A DNA stretch of 64,000 bases from Bacteroidota bacterium. Its GTDB lineage: Bacteria; Bacteroidota; Ignavibacteria; Kapaibacteriales; UBA961. The stretch is taken from positions 67,912 to 131,911 of the forward strand of contig JBMOIC010000002.1 of NCBI GenBank assembly GCA_049317525.1, in the 5' to 3' direction. Below, piece after piece: positions 11,007 to 21,100 of this stretch. The notes under the pieces were generated by a model. The model made no database searches, was not told where the DNA came from, and was given only the letters and a program-made list of their open reading frames with translations. Position numbers and translations under genes: made by a program. How positions within the stretch are numbered: the stretch's first letter is position 1; each line of letters starts with the position of its first letter.

Positions 11007-11936
11007 TTAGTTCTCTTGAATCAAATTATACTTTGCAAAAACAGGAATTAATCCGCAATCTAAAAGTACTTTTTGAATATTTGGGTCTTTTTCCATAAAT
11101 GTTGCAAAGCCCCAAGGCAAATTTTGTCTTTTTTCTTTAAGATATGCAATAATAGGTATTCCAAAAGGATATTTTTTTTGTATAATAAATCCTTGATGTA
11201 CAATTTGAGGTGGAATACGTTTTCCTGTAGAATCTATATATCCTATTCTTAATGATTTTAATAATGGATTCTTTTGCACATACGATAAGTATCCTAATCC
11301 AATAGACTTCCCTTTCAAGACTTCCAACACGATTGAATCTCTAGAATCAATAAATGTTGCGATATTTTTTGCTGAATGTGATAATTGCGAAAAAAAGGAT
11401 ATTGCATTTGAATATTCTGAAGATTGTGCGCCCGGTATAAGTAAGATTGGTTCAGAACTTATTTTCTGAAAATACATTGATAATCTAATTTTCCCAGAAA
11501 TATAATCAGTTAATTGATTCATATTTAGTGTATCGATTGGATAATCTTTAGATACAAAAAAAACTAGACCATCATTCGCAATATGTATTTTTTGGAAGGA
11601 AATTCCAGACTGTTTTAAAAGTGAATCCTCATCAGGTAAATAATTTCTAGCTACAATAATACTCTTTGTCTTTTCCGAAAATAACTCAGCCATTGATGAT
11701 CTGGCATTTTTGGAAAACAAGGTTATATGTGCATCAGGAAATGCCTTTTTATATATAGGCATTGCATTGTTAAAACAAGTATAGATTGACTCGTCGCAAT
11801 ACACTGTGTCAGAACCTCTTAATGGAGATTCTATTGTTGAATCTGATTGCTTATCATTTGTTTCACAACTGATGAGCATTATAGATAACACTAGTAGAAG
11901 TATACACCAATTATATGTTTTCTTCATGTTTTTCAC
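11007..11936 (-). CDS. PstS-like periplasmic substrate-binding domain lipoprotein (the accessory protein usually found in Bacteroidetes TonB/Exb loci)
   Basis: Lipoprotein signal (LISCETN) and a PBP-like fold pattern. Its position after exbB-exbD-exbD-tonB matches the conserved FCB-group locus architecture. Confidence 0.5.
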   Translation of the reverse strand: MKNMKKTYNWCILLLVLSIMLISCETNDKQSDSTIESPLRGSDTVYCDESIYTCFNNAMPIYKKAFPDAHITLFSKNARSSMAELFSEKTKSIIVARNYLPDEDSLLKQSGISFQKIHIANDGLVFFVSKDYPIDTLNMNQLTDYISGKIRLSMYFQKISSEPILLIPGAQSSEYSNAISFFSQLSHSAKNIATFIDSRDSIVLEVLKGKSIGLGYLSYVQKNPLLKSLRIGYIDSTGKRIPPQIVHQGFIIQKKYPFGIPIIAYLKEKRQNLPWGFATFMEKDPNIQKVLLDCGLIPVFAKYNLIQEN

Positions 11937-12153
11937 TAACTGAATCTTGATTTTTCTTTATAAAATCTTTCCATTTTAACAAATACATTATTAAACGGAC
12001 AGAACCTACAGCAATCATAACCCAACCAATCCATTGAACTGAATCATTAGATTCTGTTGGTAAATTAAGCCAATTTGAAACAATAAAGACTCCCATAAGA
12101 ATTGTAATAACTCTTATAGAAATATTTAAATAATAAAATAAAGTAGTATTCAT
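11911..12153 (-). CDS. small two-TM membrane protein, hypothetical
   Basis: 80 aa with two hydrophobic helices. It overlaps the downstream PstS-like gene start by ~26 nt and follows a terminator-like hairpin. Confidence 0.3.
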   Translation of the reverse strand: MNTTLFYYLNISIRVITILMGVFIVSNWLNLPTESNDSVQWIGWVMIAVGSVRLIMYLLKWKDFIKKNQDSVSEKHEENI

Positions 12154-12157
12154 AAGT

Positions 12158-12211
12158 ACAAAAAAGCGCTGTGAACTATACTCTCATACGAGAATTAAAG
12201 TAAACAGCGCC
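12158..12211 (-). terminator. putative intrinsic terminator or attenuator after tonB
   Basis: On the minus strand, the stem gcgctgt…acagcgc (7 bp, with an inner tctc/gaga pairing) is followed immediately by UUUUUU (the A-run 12160-12165 on the plus strand). Confidence 0.4.
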
Positions 12212-12229
12212 TAAAATATAGTTAAATAA

Positions 12230-13003
12230 TCAACGTAAGCGAAACACAATAGGAATAACAACCCACACTTCAACAGGTTGACCATTTTGGGTAGCAGGTG
12301 GAAAGACCTGTGCCATAATAGCTTTTACAGCTGCAGGGTTTAATAACTCAGATGCAGTTTCTTCAACAATTGTTCTACCTGGTTTAGGCCTTCCGTCTTT
12401 GCCTATAAGAACTTTAATACTAACACGTCCTTCCACACCAGCCCTACGTGCCATTTCTGGATATTCGACTCTTCTTTGTAAATCAGGTAATACCCTTGAA
12501 ACAACTTCATTGTAATCTTGATCTGTTACAATAAATTCATCTGGACTAGGTTCTTCTTCTTTTTGAACAGATAAACCAGCATCTGTTGGTAAATCATCGA
12601 TATTTATTTGTTGCTGATCACCAATTTGTGAAGATGAAGTTGATATTTCATCTACAGATGCAAATATTTGATCAGGAGCTACCATAGCATCTGGAACAGG
12701 AACTGGATTTCCAGCTTGCGCTAAAGTACCAGTTACAATAATCTCAGGTGGCGGTGGCGGTGGCGCAGCATCTTGATTAACAGGTGTATCAATCATATCT
12801 AAACGGGCCATACTTCTATACGGTGTTTTATATACCTTTTTTTCTCTTAAAGAGAATGCAAATACCGCTATTATGCAAATGATTAAAAAGGCCATTACAT
12901 AATAGAATCCACGTAATGTAAATACCCTGATAATCTTTTTTAATTCATAAGCACCGTAGTCTTTTGAAGATATTACAAGTGTATCTGGAGTTGATAACAT
13001 CAT
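12230..13003 (-). CDS. tonB: energy transducer TonB
   Basis: N-terminal TM anchor, a Pro-rich spacer (APPPPPPEI) and a C-terminal TonB domain (…YPEMARRAGVEGRVSIKVLIGKDGRPK…VVIPIVFRLR). Confidence 0.8.
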   Translation of the reverse strand: MMLSTPDTLVISSKDYGAYELKKIIRVFTLRGFYYVMAFLIICIIAVFAFSLREKKVYKTPYRSMARLDMIDTPVNQDAAPPPPPPEIIVTGTLAQAGNPVPVPDAMVAPDQIFASVDEISTSSSQIGDQQQINIDDLPTDAGLSVQKEEEPSPDEFIVTDQDYNEVVSRVLPDLQRRVEYPEMARRAGVEGRVSIKVLIGKDGRPKPGRTIVEETASELLNPAAVKAIMAQVFPPATQNGQPVEVWVVIPIVFRLR

Positions 13004-13542
13004 AAGCCTATAATCTCCTCTTTATCTTTATCAGTTAAAGGAGCAATAGTAAACTTTCGTTCACGATTTAATTTTTCTGCTTGTAATGCTTGGGTAATTT
13101 TAATTTCTGCAAGATTTAATTCATCAAGGATATTAACTACAGTTTCGAAATTGACATTATCATCAATCTTGAGTACGGTAATTAATTCATTTTTTAAATC
13201 AAGATTTGATTTAATTGATTGATTTCTTAAATCTTTTAGAACTATTGGCTGAGGTGCATCTTTTGCTTGATTGTAAAAGATTTTACCATCGCCACGAACT
13301 CGAATAGTAAACAATTTTGATTCTGCAACTTCTACATCTTCAGTTTCAGGAGGAACTGCCATGTCCATAATTTGTGGCGTTGTTAACGTCGTTACGAACA
13401 TAAAGAAAGTAAGCAAAAGAAAAGTAATGTCTACTAGAGGAGTCATATCAATACGGAAACCAACGCGTTTTTTTGCTTTGCGTTTACTGTGTTTTCCGCG
13501 CTTCGGCCTACCGCCGCCGCCTAGTTCTCCACCACCGGCCAT
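13000..13542 (-). CDS. exbD: biopolymer transport protein ExbD/TolR
   Basis: The MTPLVDITFLLLTFFM TM motif is present. It overlaps the tonB start by 4 nt. Confidence 0.85.
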   Translation of the reverse strand: MAGGGELGGGGRPKRGKHSKRKAKKRVGFRIDMTPLVDITFLLLTFFMFVTTLTTPQIMDMAVPPETEDVEVAESKLFTIRVRGDGKIFYNQAKDAPQPIVLKDLRNQSIKSNLDLKNELITVLKIDDNVNFETVVNILDELNLAEIKITQALQAEKLNRERKFTIAPLTDKDKEEIIGL

Positions 13543-13551
13543 AACGTTCTC

Positions 13552-14121
13552 CTATTGCTCTTTGTCTGTTACAAAATTAAACTGAGTTTGACGACTTCTT
13601 CTCATCACTTCCATAACATCAGCTATCCATTTAAATCGTACTCTACGATCAGCATCAACAGCAAACTTTAAACTAGCTTGTTCAGCTTTAGATTTTTTCA
13701 TAGCATTAAAAGCTTTAGACTGTGTTCTTGTAGCTTTTACTAATGCTTCTAATTCATCAACTTTAATAGTTTTAATCTGTGATTTTGAAAGTTCTTTCCT
13801 TCCCGGTGTTAACCATTCAGAAAGGCTAGGATCTTCTTTTACCATATTCCATAATTCAGGGTTAGACACAGAATAATAATATGCTGTATCAGCTACTTTT
13901 GTAGAATCTAAAGCTATTTTGATAACCGCAACATCCTTTTCAGGAAGTTTAGAAGTATCAGCTGCAGATTTGGGCCTTTTTATCTGAAATTTTTGTTCAT
14001 TGTCGGCATCAGACTTAAATTTTGCCGTGAACATGAAAAATGTTAAAAGAAGAAAAGTAATATCTACAAGAGGGGTCATGTCTATAACAAAACCCGTCCG
14101 TTTCATTTTCACCTTTGGCAT
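13552..14121 (-). CDS. exbD: biopolymer transport protein ExbD/TolR (second copy)
   Basis: Same MTPLVDITFLLLTFFMF motif, tandem with the other exbD. Confidence 0.8.
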   Translation of the reverse strand: MPKVKMKRTGFVIDMTPLVDITFLLLTFFMFTAKFKSDADNEQKFQIKRPKSAADTSKLPEKDVAVIKIALDSTKVADTAYYYSVSNPELWNMVKEDPSLSEWLTPGRKELSKSQIKTIKVDELEALVKATRTQSKAFNAMKKSKAEQASLKFAVDADRRVRFKWIADVMEVMRRSRQTQFNFVTDKEQ

Positions 14122-14172
14122 TATTCACTCTCCAATTGACTGAGAATTGCGGGATAATGATTCATGCCGCTA

Positions 14173-15024
14173 CTATTTCTTAACTTTAATTGTTAAAATT
14201 TCCATAACTGATAAAATTGCTTCATCAATCATATACACAAAATTGTCAACCTTAGTTGTAAAGAAATTAAAAGATAAAATCGATACAATGGCGGCTGCTA
14301 ATCCAAAAGCTGTATTATACAATGCTTCTGAAATACCAATAGATAAAGCTTGTGCTGATACCGCTCCACCACTTGCTCCAAGAGCAGCAAAAGAACGAAT
14401 CATTCCAAGAGTGGTACCTAATAATCCAACCATAGTTGAAACAGAAGCCACAGTAGAAAGAATAACTAGATTCTTCTCCAAAAGTGGAGTTTCCAAGTTT
14501 GTTGCTTCATCAATTGCTCTTTGAACTTCAGAAAGCTTCTTTTCTGAATCATATTTAGTATCATTTTCTAATTGTACATAACGCTCAAGAGCAGAACGTA
14601 CAATATTAGATAATGAGCCTTGCTGTTTGGCGCATGCTTCAATTGCATTGTTTACATTGCCAGATTCTAGATTTGTAGAAACTGTTTTTACAAATTCTCT
14701 TAGATCTCCATTACCTTGTGCTTTATTGATAAACAAATATCGTTCTACAATAAATGTGATTGCTATAAAAAGCATACCTAAAAGTGCTGCAACAAGTGGT
14801 CCACCAGTATGAATAGTACCCAAAGTGTTTAATGGTTCATGACGACCAAATGCATCCTTAAAATTTCCTGGGGCTCCCATGAATAATCCCCAAATTAAAT
14901 CTGCAATTGCTAGCCACAGAAAAACTACAAAGGAATTAAAAGAACGGAGCATTGCATAGCTGATTCCTGCTGCTGCAAACAAAAGAATACCGACGCCAAT
15001 AACGACGTATGAAAACTGATCCAT
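14173..15024 (-). CDS. exbB: MotA/TolQ/ExbB proton-channel protein
   Basis: Three TM segments with the conserved C-terminal region (…TTLGMIRSFAALGASGG…), immediately upstream of the exbD pair. Confidence 0.85.
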   Translation of the reverse strand: MDQFSYVVIGVGILLFAAAGISYAMLRSFNSFVVFLWLAIADLIWGLFMGAPGNFKDAFGRHEPLNTLGTIHTGGPLVAALLGMLFIAITFIVERYLFINKAQGNGDLREFVKTVSTNLESGNVNNAIEACAKQQGSLSNIVRSALERYVQLENDTKYDSEKKLSEVQRAIDEATNLETPLLEKNLVILSTVASVSTMVGLLGTTLGMIRSFAALGASGGAVSAQALSIGISEALYNTAFGLAAAIVSILSFNFFTTKVDNFVYMIDEAILSVMEILTIKVKK

Positions 15025-15257
15025 ACTACTTCCACATATGAATATTAATAATAGGTTGACTGCATCTTAACATTATAAAGAAAACATGTACATTATTCTT
15101 TATACTTATTTTGTACTCTTAAAAGTTTATCACTCTAAAAGCATGTTCAAATCTACAAAAATTTCTACTTTCTAAATCTTATTTTTTCTCCACATCATCA
15201 TGTATTATTTGAATTTAATGTATGATATTAATGGGATGTTCTTAAAATTCCCAATAA

Positions 15258-16124
15258 TCAATATATTCTTCCCCAAATAACACGGTTTAGTCCAGATAAA
15301 TCTTTTAACACATGTAATTCTGATGAGATCTCTATAAACATGTTCTTGATGATATCTGCATGGTCTGCATGAATTTCGAAAAAATAAGCTCCACCTGAAC
15401 AAATCATAGAATGAATATTTATGGCAAAAAAAGTATAAAACTTTAAACCATTTTCATTATCTGTTAATGCAATATGTGGTTCGAAAGATAATTCAGGCTG
15501 CTTATTGATCATCTCTTCGGAAGACATATATGGAGGATTAGATATCAGAACAGTACTTTTTTCAATTGAATCTTTAAATATATCTGCTTGAGAAAAATTG
15601 ATAGTAACATTATTAATTTCTGCATTGTGCTTAGCAATAGTTATTGCTTGGGCAGAAATATCTATTCCAGAAATCGACTCTATTTTTTCAGGACTTGCTT
15701 TTGATGCTATTGTTATTGGTATACAACCAGAGCCCGTACCTATATCTATGATTTTCTGTCTGTGATTTTGTTGCTGTAAATATTGTAATACTGTATCAAC
15801 AAGTATCTCAGTTTCTGGCCTAGGAATTAATACATGATTATTTACATCGAATTCTAATCCATAAAAATGAGATTTTCCTATTACATATTGCAAAGGTTCT
15901 CTTTTTGCTCTTCTACCACAATATTCTCTAAGTACTGATAATTCATGTTCTGCTAATGGGCGATCATACAATACATATAATTGCACCCTAGAAATATGTA
16001 ATGTATGGCATAACAGAAGTTCTATTGTTAATCGTGGACTATCAATACCTTTTTGTTCAAAATATTCTTTACCCCAATGAATAAGGTCTAATATTGTCCA
16101 TATTTTACCAATTTCCTTTGCCAT
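15258..16124 (-). CDS. prmC: release-factor glutamine N5-methyltransferase PrmC (HemK)
   Basis: The SAM-binding IDIGTGSGCI motif and the catalytic NPPY motif (LISNPPYM) are present. It is 1 nt downstream of carB. Confidence 0.8.
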   Translation of the reverse strand: MAKEIGKIWTILDLIHWGKEYFEQKGIDSPRLTIELLLCHTLHISRVQLYVLYDRPLAEHELSVLREYCGRRAKREPLQYVIGKSHFYGLEFDVNNHVLIPRPETEILVDTVLQYLQQQNHRQKIIDIGTGSGCIPITIASKASPEKIESISGIDISAQAITIAKHNAEINNVTINFSQADIFKDSIEKSTVLISNPPYMSSEEMINKQPELSFEPHIALTDNENGLKFYTFFAINIHSMICSGGAYFFEIHADHADIIKNMFIEISSELHVLKDLSGLNRVIWGRIY

Positions 16125-16125
16125 A

Positions 16126-19100
16126 TCAAGCGGCTGGAATTAATGATTTCTTAAAATATTCTTGCAATGATTTTACTTCTGGTTCATTGGTAATAGATTC
16201 CTGAATTCCACTCAAAGAAGCATAAGCAGCTGCTAAAGTAGTAAATAAAGGTATTTTATGTTTTAATGCTGTTTGGCCCATAATATGTTCATCATATCTT
16301 GCATTTTCTCCAATTGGTGTATTTATTACCAAATGTACTTTTCCTTCTGACATAGCATCTATTATGCTTGGCCTTCCCTCATAGTGCTTTAATACTTTTT
16401 CAGCGATTATACCATGCTGCAATAAGAAATCAGCTGTTCCTGAGGTAGCAATCAAGGAGAATCCTAATTCGGTATAACCTCTTGCAATTTCAGCTGCTCG
16501 AATTGTTTTTTCAAGATCACTCAAAGAAATAAAAACAGTTCCTTGTAATGGCAATGTATTTCCAGATGAAATTCTTGATTTAATAATTGCTTTTCCAAAT
16601 GTACTATCAATTCCCATAACTTCACCTGTAGAACGCATTTCAGGCCCTAAAAATACAGATGCTTTAGGAAATTTTATAAATGGAAATACAGATTCCTTAA
16701 TTGCAACTCTTTTAGCCGAAAGCGAAAAATCTCTAACACCTATATCTTTAATTTTCTCACCAAGCATAATTCTCATTGCGATTTGAGACAGATTTACATT
16801 TGTTGATTTTGCTACAAATGGAACTGTTCTGGAAGCTCTTGGATTGACTTCTAAAACATAAATTTTACCACTTTGTATTGCAAATTGAATATTCAACAGG
16901 CCTATAACATGTAATGCTTTTGCTAATTTTCTTGTATACAAAACCATGATGTCAAATTGTTCATTTGTAATCGAATAAGGAGGCAATACGCAGCTAGAAT
17001 CACCACTATGAACTCCTGCCTCTTCGATATGTTGCATCATACCGCCAATTACTACTTCATCACCATCAGATACTGCATCAACATCAAATTCATATGCATT
17101 CTCTAAAAATCTATCAATCAGAATTTGATTATTAGGAAATGCTTCAATAGCCTTAAGAACATAATGCCTTAAGGATTCTTCTCTATAGCAAATGTGCATC
17201 GCACGTCCACCTAATACATAGCTTGGCCTTACAAGTACTGGATATCCAATATGTTGAGCTACCAAAGCTGCTTCATCAGCGTTTAGGACTGTTCCCCATT
17301 CTGGACAAGGTATTGCTAAATCTTGTAGCAAAGCTCCAAAACGTTTTCTATCTTCTGCTAAATCAATTCCTTCGTGTGATGTTCCTATGATTGGAGCACC
17401 ATATTCATGTAGTTTTTTAGATAATTTTAGTGGTGTTTGTCCTCCAAAAGTAACTACTACACCATCAGGCTGTTCAAAATCCAAAACATTCAACACATCT
17501 TCGAAAGTTAATGGTTCAAAATATAATTTAGTAGTCGTATCATAATCTGTAGAAACTGTTTCGGGATTACAATTAATCATTATTGTTTCATAATTAGCAT
17601 TTCTGGCAGCAAAAACTCCTTGAACACAACAATAGTCGAACTCAATTCCTTGTCCAATTCTATTAGGACCACTGCCCAGGATAACTACTTTTTTATTATC
17701 AGTTCTTATTGCTTCATTTTCAGTTTCATATGTTGAATAATGATACGGAGTATCTGATTCAAATTCTGCTGCACAAGTATCAACTGTTTTGAATACAGGT
17801 ATGATGCCCAAATTTTTTCTATAATGTCTTACAGCATATTCATCAGATTTCGTTAATACTGCAATTTGAATATCAGAAAAACCAATTTCTTTTAAATATC
17901 GTAAATGAGTAGCATCAATGTCTTCGAGTGTATTATTATGTTCAATTAGAGACAGTGCTGCATCAACAATCTCTTTGCATTGGTGTAAAAACCATGAATC
18001 ATAGCCAGCTAATGTATGAATCTCTGAAATTGATATTCCAAATCTTAATGCATCACAAACATCATAAATAGAAACTGAGGTATGAATTTTCAATCTATTC
18101 TTTAGGTCTATTAATTGATGTTCAGATATACTGTTTGAAAGGTATATATCGGAATCAAAGCCAAAACCAAAGCGTCCTTTTTCTGTAGATCTTAATGCTT
18201 TTTGAAAAGATTCTTTAAATGTTCTTCCAAATGACATTGCTTCTCCAACAGATTTCATCTGAATTCCAAGTATGTCTTCTACATCTCTGAACTTTTCAAA
18301 ATCCCATCTAGGAACTTTCGTAACTACATAATCAATAGATGGTTCAAAGCATGCGGGTGTTTTTTCTGTGATATCATTAATAATTTCATCTAAAGTATAA
18401 CCAACTGCTAATTTTGCAGCTATCTTAGCTATTGGAAATCCGGTAGCTTTAGAAGCCAAAGCAGAACTTCTAGAAACCCTAGGATTCATTTCTATAACGA
18501 TAATTCTACCATTTTTAGGATTAACAGCAAATTGTACATTAGATCCACCGGTTTCTACACCAATTTCTCTCATTATCTTTATTGCTGCATCACGCATTTG
18601 CTGATATTCTCTATCAGTTAATGTTTGTGCTGGTGCTACTGTAATAGAATCACCAGTATGAACTCCCATTGGGTCAACATTTTCGATTGAACATACTATA
18701 ACACAATTATCTTTGGTATCCCTCATCACTTCTAATTCATATTCTTTCCACCCTAAAATAGATTCTTCTACAAGTACTCTTTGAATAGGGCTTGCCATAA
18801 TCCCAATTTCTAGTAATTGTTTAAATTCATCCAAATTATATGCAATACCGCCTCCAGAGCCACCCAATGTATAAGATGGCCTTATAACAGCCGGAAATCC
18901 TATTTTTTGGATAATATCTAAACCTTCCTGTAAGGAATTTACAAATCCACCTTCGGGCATTTCCAAATCACAGTTTTTCATTGCCTGTAAAAATAATTCT
19001 CTGTCCTCTGCTTTTTTAATAGCAGATACACTAGACCCAATTAAGGTAACATTATATTTTTCAAGTATACCTTTTTCATATAAATCCATAGCTGCATTTA

Positions 19101-19386
19101 ATGCAGTTTGGCCACCCATAGTAGGAAGAATAGCGTCTGGACGTTCTTTTTGAATAATTTTTTCAATGTATTCTGATGTGATGGGCTCTATATAAGTAGC
19201 ATCAGCAATGATAGGATCTGTCATTATTGTAGCAGGATTAGAATTTACTAAAGAAACTCTAAAACCTTCTTCTTTTAATACTTTACAAGCCTGAGTGCCA
19301 CTATAATCAAATTCGCATGCTTGTCCAATTACAATCGGACCACTACCTATTACTAGTATTGAATGTATATCTTGTCTACGTGGCAT
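16126..19386 (-). CDS. carB: carbamoyl-phosphate synthase large subunit
   Basis: 1086 aa with two ATP-grasp halves, an oligomerisation domain and an MGS-like domain. The N-terminus [33 protein letters not shown] is diagnostic. No carA gene is adjacent. Confidence 0.95.
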   Translation of the reverse strand: MPRRQDIHSILVIGSGPIVIGQACEFDYSGTQACKVLKEEGFRVSLVNSNPATIMTDPIIADATYIEPITSEYIEKIIQKERPDAILPTMGGQTALNAAMDLYEKGILEKYNVTLIGSSVSAIKKAEDRELFLQAMKNCDLEMPEGGFVNSLQEGLDIIQKIGFPAVIRPSYTLGGSGGGIAYNLDEFKQLLEIGIMASPIQRVLVEESILGWKEYELEVMRDTKDNCVIVCSIENVDPMGVHTGDSITVAPAQTLTDREYQQMRDAAIKIMREIGVETGGSNVQFAVNPKNGRIIVIEMNPRVSRSSALASKATGFPIAKIAAKLAVGYTLDEIINDITEKTPACFEPSIDYVVTKVPRWDFEKFRDVEDILGIQMKSVGEAMSFGRTFKESFQKALRSTEKGRFGFGFDSDIYLSNSISEHQLIDLKNRLKIHTSVSIYDVCDALRFGISISEIHTLAGYDSWFLHQCKEIVDAALSLIEHNNTLEDIDATHLRYLKEIGFSDIQIAVLTKSDEYAVRHYRKNLGIIPVFKTVDTCAAEFESDTPYHYSTYETENEAIRTDNKKVVILGSGPNRIGQGIEFDYCCVQGVFAARNANYETIMINCNPETVSTDYDTTTKLYFEPLTFEDVLNVLDFEQPDGVVVTFGGQTPLKLSKKLHEYGAPIIGTSHEGIDLAEDRKRFGALLQDLAIPCPEWGTVLNADEAALVAQHIGYPVLVRPSYVLGGRAMHICYREESLRHYVLKAIEAFPNNQILIDRFLENAYEFDVDAVSDGDEVVIGGMMQHIEEAGVHSGDSSCVLPPYSITNEQFDIMVLYTRKLAKALHVIGLLNIQFAIQSGKIYVLEVNPRASRTVPFVAKSTNVNLSQIAMRIMLGEKIKDIGVRDFSLSAKRVAIKESVFPFIKFPKASVFLGPEMRSTGEVMGIDSTFGKAIIKSRISSGNTLPLQGTVFISLSDLEKTIRAAEIARGYTELGFSLIATSGTADFLLQHGIIAEKVLKHYEGRPSIIDAMSEGKVHLVINTPIGENARYDEHIMGQTALKHKIPLFTTLAAAYASLSGIQESITNEPEVKSLQEYFKKSLIPAA

Positions 19387-19544
19387 CAGATTTATCTTGA
19401 AAATGATATGAGGTATGTTTCCAGCGGAAACAAATATTCACATTTGATGGAATTTTAGCAAATCATATGTATAAAACTTACATATATTCTTAAAAGCTTT
19501 CTTGAAAATATTGTTTGCTTTACATTCTAATTTTCTGAACATTT

Positions 19545-20549
19545 TTACTTGTCAGTTGTCACATGTTCTTCATTAGTAAACAGGGCATCTGTATATTCTT
19601 CGGCATCAAAAAACTGTAAATCATTAATTTTTTCACCAATACCTATAAATCTGACTGGTAAATTTAATTCATGAGATATTGGAATAATAATTCCACCTTT
19701 TGCGGTGCCATCTAATTTTGTAAGCACGATGCCAGTTATGGTAGAAACCTTAGCAAATTCTTTTGCTTGTAATAGGCCATTTTGTCCGGTAGTAGCATCT
19801 AAAGCGAGTAAAACTTCATGTGGAGCATCTGGAATTAGTTTTTGAATAACTCTAGATATTTTCTCAAGTTCTTGCATAAGACCCGTTTTATTGTGTAATC
19901 TACCAGCTGTATCGATAATAATAACATCTACATTTCTTGATAATCCGGCTTTAACTGTATCGAAAGCTACAGCAGCTGGATCGGACCCTTGTTTTTGCTG
20001 TATAATTTCTACATCTGCTCGCTGAGCCCAAACTTCTAATTGCTCATTTGCAGCGGCCCTGAAAGTGTCTGCAGCACCTATTAATACTCTTTTTTGTTTT
20101 TGCTTAAAATTATAAGCTAATTTCCCTATTGTAGTGGTTTTTCCTACGCCATTCACTCCAACCATCATGATAATATGAGGTTTAGAATTATGTATCAAGC
20201 TGTAATAATCATCATGTTTAATATTAGATGATAAACTTAATATTGCAAGAATTTCTTGCTTGATCAGATTATATATTTCAGAAGAATCTTCATAACCTTC
20301 CTTTTTAATGATATCTTTTACATTATTCATAATATGAAGTGTTGTATGAACACCGATATCAGATGTAATCAATATTTCTTCAATTTCTGATAATAATTGC
20401 GCATCAATTTTTCTACCTGAACCAAGAACAAATCTTAATCTATTAACAAAAGCATTTCGAGTTTTTTTTAATCCTTCGGTTAACTTGTTAAGGCCAGTTT
20501 GTTCTACGATTGATGATACTTTTTGTTTAAATCTATCAAATAAACCCAT
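19545..20549 (-). CDS. ftsY: signal recognition particle receptor FtsY
   Basis: SRP GTPase NG domain with GVNGVGKTTTIGKLA, DTAGR and TKLDGTAKGG motifs. It lacks a long acidic N-domain. Confidence 0.9.
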   Translation of the reverse strand: MGLFDRFKQKVSSIVEQTGLNKLTEGLKKTRNAFVNRLRFVLGSGRKIDAQLLSEIEEILITSDIGVHTTLHIMNNVKDIIKKEGYEDSSEIYNLIKQEILAILSLSSNIKHDDYYSLIHNSKPHIIMMVGVNGVGKTTTIGKLAYNFKQKQKRVLIGAADTFRAAANEQLEVWAQRADVEIIQQKQGSDPAAVAFDTVKAGLSRNVDVIIIDTAGRLHNKTGLMQELEKISRVIQKLIPDAPHEVLLALDATTGQNGLLQAKEFAKVSTITGIVLTKLDGTAKGGIIIPISHELNLPVRFIGIGEKINDLQFFDAEEYTDALFTNEEHVTTDK

Positions 20550-20551
20550 TT

Positions 20552-21100
20552 TTATGCATTTTTTATTGGTGAAAGAAATGATTTCATTCTCATTCCATAA
20601 TGAATAAAAGAAATTATTAGCATGATGGAAGATAGTATATAACTAGCTTGAATATATATGTACAAAGAATCAACGAATGAACAGATTAAAGTAATTGCAA
20701 CTGTAATTACAGCAACTTTGCCTATATACGTAGATGGTAATACATAACCTAGTTTTCTGCTAGAAAGTAAGCCAGCAATCAAAATAGCTATGTCTCTTCC
20801 TAGTACTAATGCAATGTACCATATCGAAAGCTTACCAACTATCATTAGCGATATTGCAGCCGAACCAACAAGTATCTTATCTGCTAAGGGATCTAATATT
20901 TTCCCCCATTCAGAAATATCATTATTCATTCTAGCCAAAAATCCATCTAAAATATCGCTTATATATGCTAATAATGCCAATATCAGTAAAAGTGAATCCG
21001 ACCAATCATAAAGGATTCCAAAGCATACAGGAATTGCTAAAAGCAAACGTAATAAACTTATGATATTTGATAATGTAAAAAATCGGCTACTGTGCTTCAT
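20552..21100 (-). CDS. pgsA: CDP-alcohol phosphatidyltransferase, probably CDP-diacylglycerol--glycerol-3-phosphate 3-phosphatidyltransferase
   Basis: The DGFLAR…G…DPLADK CDP-OH transferase motif is present in a 182-aa multi-TM protein. The start codon overlaps the stop of the upstream gene (TAATG). Confidence 0.72.
   Translation of the reverse strand: MKHSSRFFTLSNIISLLRLLLAIPVCFGILYDWSDSLLLILALLAYISDILDGFLARMNNDISEWGKILDPLADKILVGSAAISLMIVGKLSIWYIALVLGRDIAILIAGLLSSRKLGYVLPSTYIGKVAVITVAITLICSFVDSLYIYIQASYILSSIMLIISFIHYGMRMKSFLSPIKNA

Noticed and set aside
13361-14812. Plus-strand ORFs 13361..13585, 14147..14524 and 14627..14812 across exbD/exbB
   Set aside because: They are antisense to the conserved ExbB and ExbD genes. 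The 14147 ORF only mirrors the hydrophobic ExbB frame.
15229-15253. Short hairpin tggga…tccca immediately after the prmC stop
   Set aside because: The stem is only 5 bp with a 12-nt loop and no clear U-run. It is too weak to call a terminator.
15205-15402. 65-aa minus-strand ORF overlapping the 3' end of prmC
   Set aside because: It overlaps out of frame with prmC and has no supporting motif. The region more likely holds the exbB promoter and the prmC terminator.
15479-15490. ggttcgaa-like string resembling a tRNA T-arm
   Set aside because: It lies inside the prmC coding frame with no acceptor or anticodon stem context, so it is not a tRNA.
20790-21011. 73-aa plus-strand ORF inside pgsA
   Set aside because: Antisense to the CDP-OH transferase gene.
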